Positions 47,274-57,046 of a stretch of DNA of 64,000 nucleotides are shown piece by piece. The translations under genes and the position numbers were made by a program. The stretch spans positions 4,154 through 68,153 of the forward strand of contig CAWVRW010000009.1 in NCBI GenBank assembly GCA_963933105.1, read 5' to 3'. Source of the DNA: an uncultured Formosa sp. Its GTDB lineage: Bacteria; Bacteroidota; Bacteroidia; Flavobacteriales; Flavobacteriaceae. Position 1 is the first letter of the stretch. Each line of letters starts with the position of its first letter. The notes under the pieces were generated by a model. That model saw nothing but the letters and a program-made list of their open reading frames with translations. It made no database searches and was not told the DNA's origin.

Positions 47274-47900
47274 ATGCAAATTAAAACTGCTGAGTTTGTG
47301 ATAAGCAACCAATTGGTTGAGAAATGTCCCACAAACAAGCTTCCAGAATACGCTTTTATTGGACGCAGTAACGTTGGCAAGTCATCGCTTATAAACATGA
47401 TTACCAATCAAAAAAACCTAGCAAAAACGTCTGGACGCCCTGGGAAAACACAACTGATCAATCATTTCATAATTAATAAAGAATGGTTTTTAGTGGATTT
47501 ACCTGGCTATGGGTATGCACGTGTTTCGAAGTCTGCTAAAAAAACGTTTCAAAAATTTATTACAGCTTATTTTAGAGACCGCAAACAACTGATTTCTGCA
47601 TTTGTTTTGGTGGACATACGCCACAAGCCCCAACCAGTAGATTTGGCATTTATGCAGTGGCTAGGAGAACATAGTGTCCCATTTTCAATCGTATTTACGA
47701 AAGCTGACAAGCTGCGCCCTAAAGCGATTGAAGATCACATAGAAATCTATAAAAATATTCTTTTAGAAACTTGGGAAGAGCTCCCTAATTACTTCATCAC
47801 CTCTTCTACAAATTATGCTGGAAAAGACGCGCTGTTAAATTACATCCACACGATTAATGAAGACCTCAATAATTCTACGGATCGATTGCCTTTTCAATAA
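47274..47900 (+). CDS. engB: Ribosome-biogenesis GTPase YihA/EngB (start trimmed to ATG 47274)
   Basis: G1 GRSNVGKSSLIN, G3 DLPGYGYA, G4 TKADK. The track start at 47220 lies inside the preceding gene. Confidence 0.9.
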   Translation: MQIKTAEFVISNQLVEKCPTNKLPEYAFIGRSNVGKSSLINMITNQKNLAKTSGRPGKTQLINHFIINKEWFLVDLPGYGYARVSKSAKKTFQKFITAYFRDRKQLISAFVLVDIRHKPQPVDLAFMQWLGEHSVPFSIVFTKADKLRPKAIEDHIEIYKNILLETWEELPNYFITSSTNYAGKDALLNYIHTINEDLNNSTDRLPFQ

Positions 47901-49536
47901 CAGCTCCTGTAGCACCGCTTGGAAAAGCTATTCCTAAAAGCGCCGAAATTGTAGGAGCAATGTCCGTCACACTGGTGCGTTCGAAGGTTTTTCCTGGCTG
48001 AATTCCGTTGCCATAAAACAATAAGGGTACATGGGTGTCATAGTTAAATCCAGAGCCGTGTGTCGTTCCTTTGGGTCCATAAGAAATTACTCCCGATTCG
48101 AGCGTATATAGGACGTCTCCAGAAAGTTTTTGGTTATAGCCATTCTGAAGCATCTTTTCTACACCCTCTTTAAAATAACTTGTCTGCATTGTAGTCGCTG
48201 TATAAGCCTTCTTAATATGTGGGTAGCTAATGATTTCATTCACCACAAATTTCTGCACAGCTTCTAAATCAAGTTGTAACGAAACTATACGCTCCTGATT
48301 TAAAAATACTTGATTGTTACTAATTTTCTTAATAAGATCCGAAACACCATATTTCTTTTGAAGACTCGTATATAAGGATGCAAAACTATTTTTTGGCACA
48401 TAGCCACTAGGAATGTGTATGTCGGTCAGAAAAGAAGGCACATCTGAAGCTCCATGATCTGAGGATAAAAATAAGGTATAGTTGCCCGCCCCAACCTTGG
48501 CGTCTAAATAGTTAAGCAAACGCTCTAGTTCTAAATCTAAACGCAAATAAGTGTCTTGCAGCTCTACCGAATTAACTCCAAAATTATGTCCAATATAATC
48601 TGTGGAAGAATAGCTTACCGTTAGAAAATCGGTGTAATCGTCAGCACCTAAGTTTTCCGCTTCAATGGCAGCCATTGAAAAATCGGTAATCATTGTATTT
48701 CCAAAAGGCGTACTTTTAATAATGTCATAACCGCCATTTGATTCCATTAACGCATTTAAGTCATACGGAAACTCAGGAGTTGACTTCCCCTTAAAGCCAT
48801 TCTCATAATCGGATGCATCTGGACCGCTTTCCTCATAAAGATTAATGTCATATAGCGTATTCCATGTCTTTACATAGTTTGCTATTTTAGAAGGCGCATT
48901 AAAGTCTACAACCCATTGTGGAAGTGCATCCATATAATAGGAGCTAGTCATCCATTTACCCTCATCTGCCCCTTCAAACCAATAGGCTCCATTGGCAGTA
49001 TGTCCAGAAGGAAATACAGCCCCACGGTCTTTGATAGAAACGCCGATTGTTTTTCCTTTCATTTGTGTGAACAACCTATTCTGATCGGCAAGGGTTGTTA
49101 CTTTCATATTACGGGGAGACACTTGCCCGTATTTCGTCGCAGCACCAACAGGCGTATAATCTTTATCTGTTGTGCAATAGACGGTCGCATTTTTCTCTTT
49201 ATCGTACCAACTATTCCCAATGATCCCGTGCACACTTGGAGTGGTGCCTGTAAAAATGGAAGCATGACCTGGACCTGTATAAGTTGGAATGAAATTAAAA
49301 TGATGGTTATTACAACTATACCCTTGATTGATTAATCTTAAAAACCCATTGGAGGTGTATTTATTTTTGAAACGGTTTAAATAATCAAAACGCATTTGAT
49401 CGACCACAACACCCACTACTAATTTTGGCTGGGACGCAGTTTCACCGGAATTATTGGAGGTTGAATTATCAGAATTATTTTTACAAGAAAAGACACCTAA
49501 AAACAATAACAGGTAAATAAATTTTGAAAACTTCAT
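47875..49536 (-). CDS. pafA: Alkaline-phosphatase-superfamily phosphatase/phosphodiesterase (PafA-like)
   Basis: Signal peptide; VVGVVVDQMRFDYL, metal-ligand region LSSDHGA, and GTTHGSGFNYDTHVP. The size (553 aa) matches flavobacterial PafA-type enzymes. Confidence 0.75.
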   Translation of the reverse strand: MKFSKFIYLLLFLGVFSCKNNSDNSTSNNSGETASQPKLVVGVVVDQMRFDYLNRFKNKYTSNGFLRLINQGYSCNNHHFNFIPTYTGPGHASIFTGTTPSVHGIIGNSWYDKEKNATVYCTTDKDYTPVGAATKYGQVSPRNMKVTTLADQNRLFTQMKGKTIGVSIKDRGAVFPSGHTANGAYWFEGADEGKWMTSSYYMDALPQWVVDFNAPSKIANYVKTWNTLYDINLYEESGPDASDYENGFKGKSTPEFPYDLNALMESNGGYDIIKSTPFGNTMITDFSMAAIEAENLGADDYTDFLTVSYSSTDYIGHNFGVNSVELQDTYLRLDLELERLLNYLDAKVGAGNYTLFLSSDHGASDVPSFLTDIHIPSGYVPKNSFASLYTSLQKKYGVSDLIKKISNNQVFLNQERIVSLQLDLEAVQKFVVNEIISYPHIKKAYTATTMQTSYFKEGVEKMLQNGYNQKLSGDVLYTLESGVISYGPKGTTHGSGFNYDTHVPLLFYGNGIQPGKTFERTSVTDIAPTISALLGIAFPSGATGAVIEKAIDP

Positions 49537-49640
49537 AATAAGGTTTGTTAAGCATCAAAAATACATTTTTTTAATGATTCCATTTTAATAAGGATAAATT
49601 AATGGTTAGATTTTTTTACTTTAGCAGCAATTATAATTTC

Positions 49641-50378
49641 ATGAACTACCTCCACAATATTGGGTCTTATTTTTTAATGATTGGCGAAATGTTTCGCAAG
49701 CCGACCAAATGGTCTGTTATGAAACAATTGATCCTTAAGGATGTCGAAGATTTAATTGTCGGCTCTATTGGTATTGTGGCGTTTATATCGTTTTTTGTTG
49801 GCGGGGTTGTCACCATCCAAACAGCACTTAACATTAACAGCCCATTGATCCCAAAATATCTTGTCGGTTTTGCAACACGACAATCTGTTATTTTAGAATT
49901 TGCACCCACTTTTATCTCTGTTATTATGGCAGGTAAAATGGGGTCTTTTATCACATCTAGCATCGGAACAATGCGCGTTACCGAACAAATCGACGCCTTA
50001 GAAGTGATGGGAATCAACTCTGTAAATTACTTAGTATTTCCAAAAGTTATTGCGCTTCTACTCTATCCATTTGTAATTTCTATCGCTATGTTTTTAGGGA
50101 TTATTGGCGGAATGGCTGCCTGCGTTTATGGTGGATTTTCAAGTTTTGAAGATTATGTAACTGGAGTTCAATTGGACTTCATTCCTTTTCATATGGCGTA
50201 TGCATTTATCAAAACATTTGTATTTGCCTTTTTACTCGCCACCATCCCTTCCTTTCACGGCTATTATATGAAAGGTGGCGCATTGGAAGTCGGGAAAGCA
50301 AGTACGACGGCTTTTGTTTGGACAAGTGTGTCCATCATCCTCTTAAATTATATTTTAACTCAAATGTTACTAAGCTAA
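49641..50378 (+). CDS. MlaE-family ABC transporter permease (start trimmed to ATG 49641)
   Basis: Polytopic protein with MRVTEQIDALEVMGIN, the conserved MlaE/YrbE motif. Confidence 0.85.
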   Translation: MNYLHNIGSYFLMIGEMFRKPTKWSVMKQLILKDVEDLIVGSIGIVAFISFFVGGVVTIQTALNINSPLIPKYLVGFATRQSVILEFAPTFISVIMAGKMGSFITSSIGTMRVTEQIDALEVMGINSVNYLVFPKVIALLLYPFVISIAMFLGIIGGMAACVYGGFSSFEDYVTGVQLDFIPFHMAYAFIKTFVFAFLLATIPSFHGYYMKGGALEVGKASTTAFVWTSVSIILLNYILTQMLLS

Positions 50379-51142
50379 TGATTGAAGTCAAAAACCTACA
50401 TAAATCATTTGGAGACACTAAAGTCTTAAAAGGGATTTCTACCATCTTTGAATCAGGAAAAACCAACCTCATCATTGGACAAAGTGGTTCTGGAAAAACG
50501 GTTTTATTAAAGTGTTTGCTTGGACTTTTTGACTATGAAGAAGGCAGCATAGCGTATGATGAGAATATATTTTTAAGTCTTTCCGATAATGAAAAAAGAA
50601 CGCTGCGTTCACAAATAGGCATGGTCTTTCAGGGCGGGGCATTGTTTGACTCTTTAACCATTGCTGAGAACGTTATGTTTCCTTTGAGAATGTTTACAAA
50701 ACAATCGCGAAGCGAGATGGAGGACCGTGTAAATTCTGCTTTGAAACGCGTAAACTTGGACGATGCACACACCAAAATGCCCAGTGAAGCTTCTGGTGGA
50801 ATGCAAAAACGGGTGGCAATCGCAAGAGCCATTGTAAATAATCCTAGATATTTGTTTTGTGACGAGCCCAACTCTGGTTTAGACCCTAAGACAGCTATTG
50901 TCATTGACAACCTGATTCAAGAAATTACACACGAAAATAACATTGTAACAGTAATCAATACGCATGACATGAATTCGGTCATGGAAATTGGTCAAAACAT
51001 TCTATTTCTAAAAGACGGATTGAAAGCTTGGGAAGGCAGCAAAGACACCATTTTTAGGACGGATAACGAAGTTGTAACAGATTTTGTGTACTCTTCTAAC
51101 TTATTCAAAAAGGTGCGTAAGATGTATTTAGAAGACCAGTAG
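50378..51142 (+). CDS. ABC transporter ATP-binding protein (MlaF-like); its start overlaps the permease stop (TAATG)
   Basis: Walker A GQSGSGKT, signature ASGGMQKRVAIARA, Walker B LFCDEPNSGLD. Confidence 0.9.
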   Translation: MIEVKNLHKSFGDTKVLKGISTIFESGKTNLIIGQSGSGKTVLLKCLLGLFDYEEGSIAYDENIFLSLSDNEKRTLRSQIGMVFQGGALFDSLTIAENVMFPLRMFTKQSRSEMEDRVNSALKRVNLDDAHTKMPSEASGGMQKRVAIARAIVNNPRYLFCDEPNSGLDPKTAIVIDNLIQEITHENNIVTVINTHDMNSVMEIGQNILFLKDGLKAWEGSKDTIFRTDNEVVTDFVYSSNLFKKVRKMYLEDQ

Positions 51143-51145
51143 CTA

Positions 51146-52579
51146 TTAGTTACTAATCACCTCAATATTTTCTGAATTAAGTTCTTGTTCAATCCACGTT
51201 TTTAAAGCTTGTTTTCTGAGCACCACAAGGCTGTCTGATAAGTTAGAATTCCATTGTGTTTTAACCAACTGAATCGTATCGGTATTTCTAAAATTTGAAG
51301 ACGCTAACATTTTAGCATAGCCAAAAGATTCTAGATCCGAAAACTGAATTTTTGCATCTTTTGAAAGGTTTAAAAATATATTTGAATCCATTTCACTTTT
51401 ATGAGAACTGAGCACGAGTTTCAGACTGTCAATGTGGAGTTCACGCGCAGCAATGATACTGTCTCGTTTTTCGATTTTATCAATCGCCCTATCGTAAAGC
51501 TCCAAAATTTTATCAACACTTCTGTTTTTGTTACCGTTGATGGTCAAACTAAAATCTTGAAGATACTCATAGCCTTTCAACTCATTTATCAAATCTGATT
51601 TGGTAGCCTCTGTAATTTCACCATTAAAATTCAGCGTGATTATTTTTTCAGCCATATCTATTTTCTCGCGTTGAAGCCAAAGGCTGTTATTCGAAGTGAT
51701 TTCAGTTTCTAAATAGGATGTATAATCCGCTTGATAGCGTGTTTCTCTTAGAACCTCAACAAACGTCCAACCCGCAGGAAGCATCGCTGCTAAGGCAAGA
51801 ATGGATGTGATGCGAACAATGTTTTTTCGGCGTTGAGAGTTGACATATCTCAACATCGGAAATCTTAGAATCTTTAAGACAATAAATGTGGCTAGGGCAA
51901 TGAAAATCGTATTGATTGCAAACAAATACATGGCTCCAAAAAAGTAATCAAAATTTCCTTGAGACAAGCCATACCCCGCTGTACACAAAGGCGGCATTAA
52001 GGCGGTGGCAATTGCCACACCAAAAATTACAGAGGCAACTGTCCCCTTTTTGGTTCTTGCAATGATGAGCGCAAGCCCACCAAAAAATGCAATAAGCACA
52101 TCTCTAATATCGGGTTTGACACGCCCTAATAATTCTGAATTATCTTGACTTAATGGGAAAAGGTAAAAGAATAAAAAAGCGGTTAACAAACTCAAAACGA
52201 CCATGGTCGCAAAATTGATCAAGGACTTTTTAAGGGTGTCTATATCATGGATGGCAATGGACATTCCAATCCCAAGAATGGGGCCCATAAGGGGCGAAAT
52301 TAACATCGCACCAATAACCACTGCGGTCGAATTTGCATTCAATCCTACGGATGCCACAAAGATGGAGCAAATCAAAATCCAAGCGGTTGCCCCTTTGAAA
52401 GGGATATCGGCTTTGATCGCCGCTACCGTGGCCTCTCTATCCGTGTCATGTCTAAAATCTAAGAGTTCAATAATAAATACTTTCAACGAGGTCCAAAGTC
52501 CTTTGGCATCCTCTTTAACCGCATTTTTGGATTGTTCGGTTTTAGCGTCTTCTAACTCTTGATTTAGATTGTTATCCAT
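51146..52579 (-). CDS. DUF389-like integral membrane protein with a ~200-aa soluble C-terminal extension
   Basis: The multi-TM core carries GAMLISPLMGPILG and IATALMPPLC motifs, which I associate with the DUF389/TIGR00341 family. The C-terminal half is non-membrane. Confidence 0.5.
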   Translation of the reverse strand: MDNNLNQELEDAKTEQSKNAVKEDAKGLWTSLKVFIIELLDFRHDTDREATVAAIKADIPFKGATAWILICSIFVASVGLNANSTAVVIGAMLISPLMGPILGIGMSIAIHDIDTLKKSLINFATMVVLSLLTAFLFFYLFPLSQDNSELLGRVKPDIRDVLIAFFGGLALIIARTKKGTVASVIFGVAIATALMPPLCTAGYGLSQGNFDYFFGAMYLFAINTIFIALATFIVLKILRFPMLRYVNSQRRKNIVRITSILALAAMLPAGWTFVEVLRETRYQADYTSYLETEITSNNSLWLQREKIDMAEKIITLNFNGEITEATKSDLINELKGYEYLQDFSLTINGNKNRSVDKILELYDRAIDKIEKRDSIIAARELHIDSLKLVLSSHKSEMDSNIFLNLSKDAKIQFSDLESFGYAKMLASSNFRNTDTIQLVKTQWNSNLSDSLVVLRKQALKTWIEQELNSENIEVISN

Positions 52580-52581
52580 AA

Positions 52582-53667
52582 TTAAATGTGTTGATCTCCA
52601 AATTTTTGCTTCACGCGTTCGCGTAATTGCTTAATGTCTTGTTCTTTACTCTTTGGAAAGATAAGTAAAATTTCTTTTTCTTCCACCACTATAAAATCAT
52701 CTAAGCCCTCTAGGACAACTATTTTATTCGTGTCTGTTTTGACCATATTCCCTGAAGAATTTTCAGCCAATAAACGTGCATTGACCACAGCATTTTCAGT
52801 TGGAGTTTCAGAGATCTTATCATATAAACTCCCCCAAGTCCCTAAATCGTTCCAGTCAAAAGTAGCAGGAATGACATATACATTTTCACTGGGTTCCATA
52901 ATTGCATAATCCACGGAAATGTTTTCTGCATTCTTATAATTCTCCAACACAAAAGCAGCTTCGGTATCGGTATTATAATCGTTTAATCCATCCGCAAAAA
53001 GCGTGTATAATTTTGGTTGATGTGTTTCAAACGCTTTCAATACGCTGGCAGTAGACCAGATAAAAATCCCACCATTCCAAAGAAAATTACCTTGTTCCAA
53101 AAAGCCTTTGGCAGTTTCGTAATTTGGTTTTTCTCGAAATTGAAGCACTTTCTTTTGAGCGCTGTTGTTTGATTTATCATATTCAATATACCCGTAACCG
53201 GTATTTGCAAATGTTGGTTTGATTCCTAAGGTCATCAATACGTCTGATTTTTCTGAAAAATCAAATGCACTTTGAAGGTTCGAAATAAATGCCGTTTCAT
53301 CCTCAATCCAGTGGTCACTTGGCGCGACGACCATGACAGCATCCGGATTTTGTTTGTGAATTTTTAGGGATGCCATTAAAATACAAGGTGCGGTATTTCG
53401 CATGGCAGGCTCAGCAATAATTTGATTCTCATTAATTTGAGGCAATTGCTCAAGGACCAAATCACAGTAACGTTCATTGGTTAAAATTAATATATTTTCT
53501 TTTGGAATCAAGCCTTCTAAACGAGAAGCCGTCTTCTGTAAAAGTGTCTGACCTGTTCCAAGCATGTCGTGGAATTGTTTTGGAAATGACTCCTTACTCA
53601 CTGGCCAAAACCGAGAGCCAACACCGCCAGCCATTATAATTGCATAATAATTTTTATTCATCTTCAT
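52582..53667 (-). CDS. Mannose-1-phosphate guanylyltransferase (nucleotidyltransferase domain only)
   Basis: YAIIMAGGVGSRFWPVS is an NTP-transferase G-rich loop; 361 aa. Confidence 0.85.
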   Translation of the reverse strand: MKMNKNYYAIIMAGGVGSRFWPVSKESFPKQFHDMLGTGQTLLQKTASRLEGLIPKENILILTNERYCDLVLEQLPQINENQIIAEPAMRNTAPCILMASLKIHKQNPDAVMVVAPSDHWIEDETAFISNLQSAFDFSEKSDVLMTLGIKPTFANTGYGYIEYDKSNNSAQKKVLQFREKPNYETAKGFLEQGNFLWNGGIFIWSTASVLKAFETHQPKLYTLFADGLNDYNTDTEAAFVLENYKNAENISVDYAIMEPSENVYVIPATFDWNDLGTWGSLYDKISETPTENAVVNARLLAENSSGNMVKTDTNKIVVLEGLDDFIVVEEKEILLIFPKSKEQDIKQLRERVKQKFGDQHI

Positions 53668-54267
53668 TTATTCATCTATAAGTTCAACTTCTGCATTGGG
53701 GTTAAAAACATACAATCGACCGGAGGCCAATTCTGTACATTCAAACCGTGTTCTTCTTTTGGGACCTTTACGGAACAATTTTCCATTATACAATCGAAAT
53801 GTAGTTCCTTCAGGCACCTCAAAGATAAATATTTTTCCGTTAGGAGCGTCGTATTGCTTGAGCTTCAAGGCTAAAACAGTATCGGAGTCGCTACTTGCTT
53901 TTGGGTTTTTGAAATGCAACGCCAGTAAAGGCAGCACATCCATTGGGAAAATTTCAGGTCGTAAAAAAGGCAGCATTAGATGCTGAAATACCGATTTCCA
54001 TTCAAGACCATGTGGCTTGATCATTTTACCATAGGACTTATACGCTTCAAAATGAGCGATTTCATGGATCAAGGTAATTAAAAACCGATAGGTATTTAAA
54101 TTGGAGTTGATGGTGATTTGATGTTTCCCATTGGGCAAACGTCGGTAATCCCCATGACGTGTTTTGCGTTCTTGCTTAATTTTAACCACTAAATTGTCGT
54201 GTGACAACAACTGTGTTACTTGATCAAAAGCAGCATGTGGAATAAAATCTTGTAAAGCGTGAACCAT
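53668..54267 (-). CDS. SprT-like zinc metalloprotease domain protein
   Basis: HEIAHF zincin motif in a 199-aa protein; the LITLIHEIAHFEAY context is typical of the SprT-like family. Confidence 0.7.
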   Translation of the reverse strand: MVHALQDFIPHAAFDQVTQLLSHDNLVVKIKQERKTRHGDYRRLPNGKHQITINSNLNTYRFLITLIHEIAHFEAYKSYGKMIKPHGLEWKSVFQHLMLPFLRPEIFPMDVLPLLALHFKNPKASSDSDTVLALKLKQYDAPNGKIFIFEVPEGTTFRLYNGKLFRKGPKRRTRFECTELASGRLYVFNPNAEVELIDE

Positions 54268-54279
54268 AAAACCTAAAAA

Positions 54280-56058
54280 TTACATACGCTCAGGCACCTG
54301 AATTCCCAACAAACTAAACGCATTTTTGATGGTCGTAGCGACGGCTTGTGAAAGCTGTACTCTAAATCTAATTTCAGCAGTACTATCAGCTCCTAAAATA
54401 GATACATTTTGATAAAAAGAATTGAATTCTTTTACCAAGTCGTAAGCGTAATTCGCCACTAAAGCAGGACTGTAATTGGTGGCAGCTTGTTGAATCACGT
54501 CTGGAAAAAGTTGTAATTGCTTGAGAAGTGATTTTTCTTTGTCGTGTAAGGGATACTCTAAAGAAGTAGCATCCTCCGTTTCCACGGGTGATTTTCTAAG
54601 AATAGCTTGAATACGTGCATAGGTATATTGTATGAACGGCCCTGTATTTCCTTGAAAATCTACCGACGCTTGCGGGTCGAACAAAATTCGTTTTTTGGGA
54701 TCAACTTTCAAAATAAAGTACTTCAGCGCACCCAAGCCAATCGTTCCATAGGTTTCCGCTTTTTCACTGTCTGAATAGCCTTCTAATTTCCCTAATTCTT
54801 GCGAAATATCTTTGGCAGTCGTTGCCATTTCAACGATTAGATCGTCTGCATCCACTACGGTACCTTCACGACTTTTCATCTTACCACTTGGCAAATCAAC
54901 CATGCCATAACTTAGATGTGTGAGGTTTTTAGCCCAGTCAAATCCTAATTTTTTTAAGATTAGAAATAAGACTTTGAAATGGTAATCTTGTTCATTTCCT
55001 ACAGTGTAAACCATGCCTCCAACATCGGGGAAATCTTTTAAACGTTGGATTGCTGTTCCGATATCTTGGGTCATATAAACCGCAGTTCCATCAGCTCTTA
55101 AAACTATTTTTTCGTCCAATCCATCGGGGGTCAAATCACACCAAACAGAACCGTCTTCTTTTTTAATAAAGACGCCATTTTGGAGTCCTTCTTTTATAAA
55201 CGACTTTCCTAATAAATAGGTTTGACTCTCGTAGTAGTAGCTGTCAAAATTGACACCAAGTGATTTATAAGTGACTTCAAATCCTGCATAGACCCAGCTG
55301 TTCATTTGTTCCCAAAGTGATACGACAGCAGCATCGCCAGCTTCCCACTTTAAAAGCATTTCTTTTGCTTCTAATAAGATAGGGGCTTGTGCTTTTGCGT
55401 CGTCAACGGACAGGCCTTTTGCTTCTAAATCTTTAATTTCTTCTTTATAAACTTGATCAAATTTTACATAGTAATTTCCAACCAACTTATCCCCTTTCAA
55501 TCCTGTAGATTCTGGAGTTTCATTATTACCATAACGCTGCCATGCCACCATACTTTTACAAATATGAATCCCACGGTCGTTGATGATTTGAGTTTTGTAA
55601 ACTTTTTTACCAGAGGCTTTCAAAATTTCGGCCACACTATAACCTAAAAGGTTGTTTCTAACGTGTCCTAAATGGAGCGGCTTATTGGTGTTGGGAGATG
55701 AATATTCTACCATCATCGCCTGATCTGTTGAAGGGGTTACAAAACCAAAGGTAGGATTCGCATGCACGGTTTGAAAGAACTCCATAAAATAGGCATCGGA
55801 AAGCACTAAATTCAAAAATCCTTTGACGACGTTATAACGAACGACTTCATCGACATGTTCACACAGATACGTCCCTAAATTTTCTCCCAATTCGGCAGGG
55901 TTCATTTTTATGGTTCGTAGCATTGAAAAGGTAACTACCGTAATATCGCCCTCAAAATCTTTACGAGTGGATTGAAATTCAACCGTTTCTAGAGGGGTAT
56001 TATAGAGCGTTACAAACGCTTGCTTTATATGTTGTGATAAGGATTCCTGAAGTGTCAT
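54280..56058 (-). CDS. argS: Arginine--tRNA ligase
   Basis: Class I HIGH-type motif PLHLGHVRN; 592 aa; the C-terminal anticodon-binding domain ends ...GIQVPERM. Confidence 0.95.
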   Translation of the reverse strand: MTLQESLSQHIKQAFVTLYNTPLETVEFQSTRKDFEGDITVVTFSMLRTIKMNPAELGENLGTYLCEHVDEVVRYNVVKGFLNLVLSDAYFMEFFQTVHANPTFGFVTPSTDQAMMVEYSSPNTNKPLHLGHVRNNLLGYSVAEILKASGKKVYKTQIINDRGIHICKSMVAWQRYGNNETPESTGLKGDKLVGNYYVKFDQVYKEEIKDLEAKGLSVDDAKAQAPILLEAKEMLLKWEAGDAAVVSLWEQMNSWVYAGFEVTYKSLGVNFDSYYYESQTYLLGKSFIKEGLQNGVFIKKEDGSVWCDLTPDGLDEKIVLRADGTAVYMTQDIGTAIQRLKDFPDVGGMVYTVGNEQDYHFKVLFLILKKLGFDWAKNLTHLSYGMVDLPSGKMKSREGTVVDADDLIVEMATTAKDISQELGKLEGYSDSEKAETYGTIGLGALKYFILKVDPKKRILFDPQASVDFQGNTGPFIQYTYARIQAILRKSPVETEDATSLEYPLHDKEKSLLKQLQLFPDVIQQAATNYSPALVANYAYDLVKEFNSFYQNVSILGADSTAEIRFRVQLSQAVATTIKNAFSLLGIQVPERM

Positions 56059-56100
56059 TGTCTATCTGATTTCAGTCACAAAGATACATTTTTTTTAATC

Positions 56101-57045
56101 CTAATTTGAAGCTGTTTTAGGCAAAAATACTTCGGCCATCATGCAACGTGCACTACCACCACCACAAGCTTCTATCGTCTCTAAAGAACTTGATATAATG
56201 GTTGCATGAACTTCTAACAACTGAACTTGAGCAGGTCGTAACGAATCAAAAGCTGACTGGCTCATTACCAAATAGCTAGCGTCGTCGGTACCCTTGAGCT
56301 GCAGCATGTTTCCTGCGAAATTATTGACTTGGTCTTCAGATATTTCAATGACTTTTTTCCCATCTTCATGAAGGTGTTTAAGAAGGTTTTTACGTTCTTT
56401 TTTATCATCAATACTAGCCAAACAAACGACTGCAAAAGTATTCCCCAAACACATCATGACGTTGGTGTGGTAGATGAGTTCGCGTTTGTCGTTGACCGTT
56501 TGATAGGCTGAAAACACAACTGGCGTGTATTCAAAATCTTCACAGAACTCGATAAATAATTCTTCATCGGCTCTTGCAGAGATTGCACAATAGGCTTTGC
56601 TATTCTCACGATCCAACAGAATACTGCCGGTGCCTTCTAAATAAAAACCATCCGCTTCTGCTTCTGTGTAATCCACAACGGTTTCAATCTTGAAACCTTC
56701 GGCTTCTACAGCTTCTAAGACCGAATCCTTACGCTCCAGACGTCGGTTTTCAGCAAACATAGGATACAATCCAATGGTGCCATTTTCATGAAAAGAAATC
56801 CAGTTGTTTGGGAAAATTGAATCGGGGGTGTCAAAGTCTTTAGTGTCCTCGACCACAATCACGTTGATACCTGCTTTTTTAAGTTTTTTAACCATGCTAT
56901 CAAACTCTTTCGCAGCCTTTGTGTTCACTGTTTCAGGAAGGGTTTTTCCTAAGGATTTTTGATAGAAATTATTCACAGCTGTCTGTTCGTTCATACGAAA
57001 TTGGACAGGGCGAATCATTAGAACTGTATTGGTAATTTGTGACAT
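56101..57045 (-). CDS. Guanidino-group-modifying enzyme superfamily protein (arginine-deiminase-related / citrulline-utilisation hydrolase CtlX-like)
   Basis: N-terminal MIRPVQFRMNEQTAVNNFYQ, and the C-terminal catalytic Cys context GGGSARCMMAEVF. Confidence 0.65.
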   Translation of the reverse strand: MSQITNTVLMIRPVQFRMNEQTAVNNFYQKSLGKTLPETVNTKAAKEFDSMVKKLKKAGINVIVVEDTKDFDTPDSIFPNNWISFHENGTIGLYPMFAENRRLERKDSVLEAVEAEGFKIETVVDYTEAEADGFYLEGTGSILLDRENSKAYCAISARADEELFIEFCEDFEYTPVVFSAYQTVNDKRELIYHTNVMMCLGNTFAVVCLASIDDKKERKNLLKHLHEDGKKVIEISEDQVNNFAGNMLQLKGTDDASYLVMSQSAFDSLRPAQVQLLEVHATIISSSLETIEACGGGSARCMMAEVFLPKTASN

Positions 57046-57046
57046 T

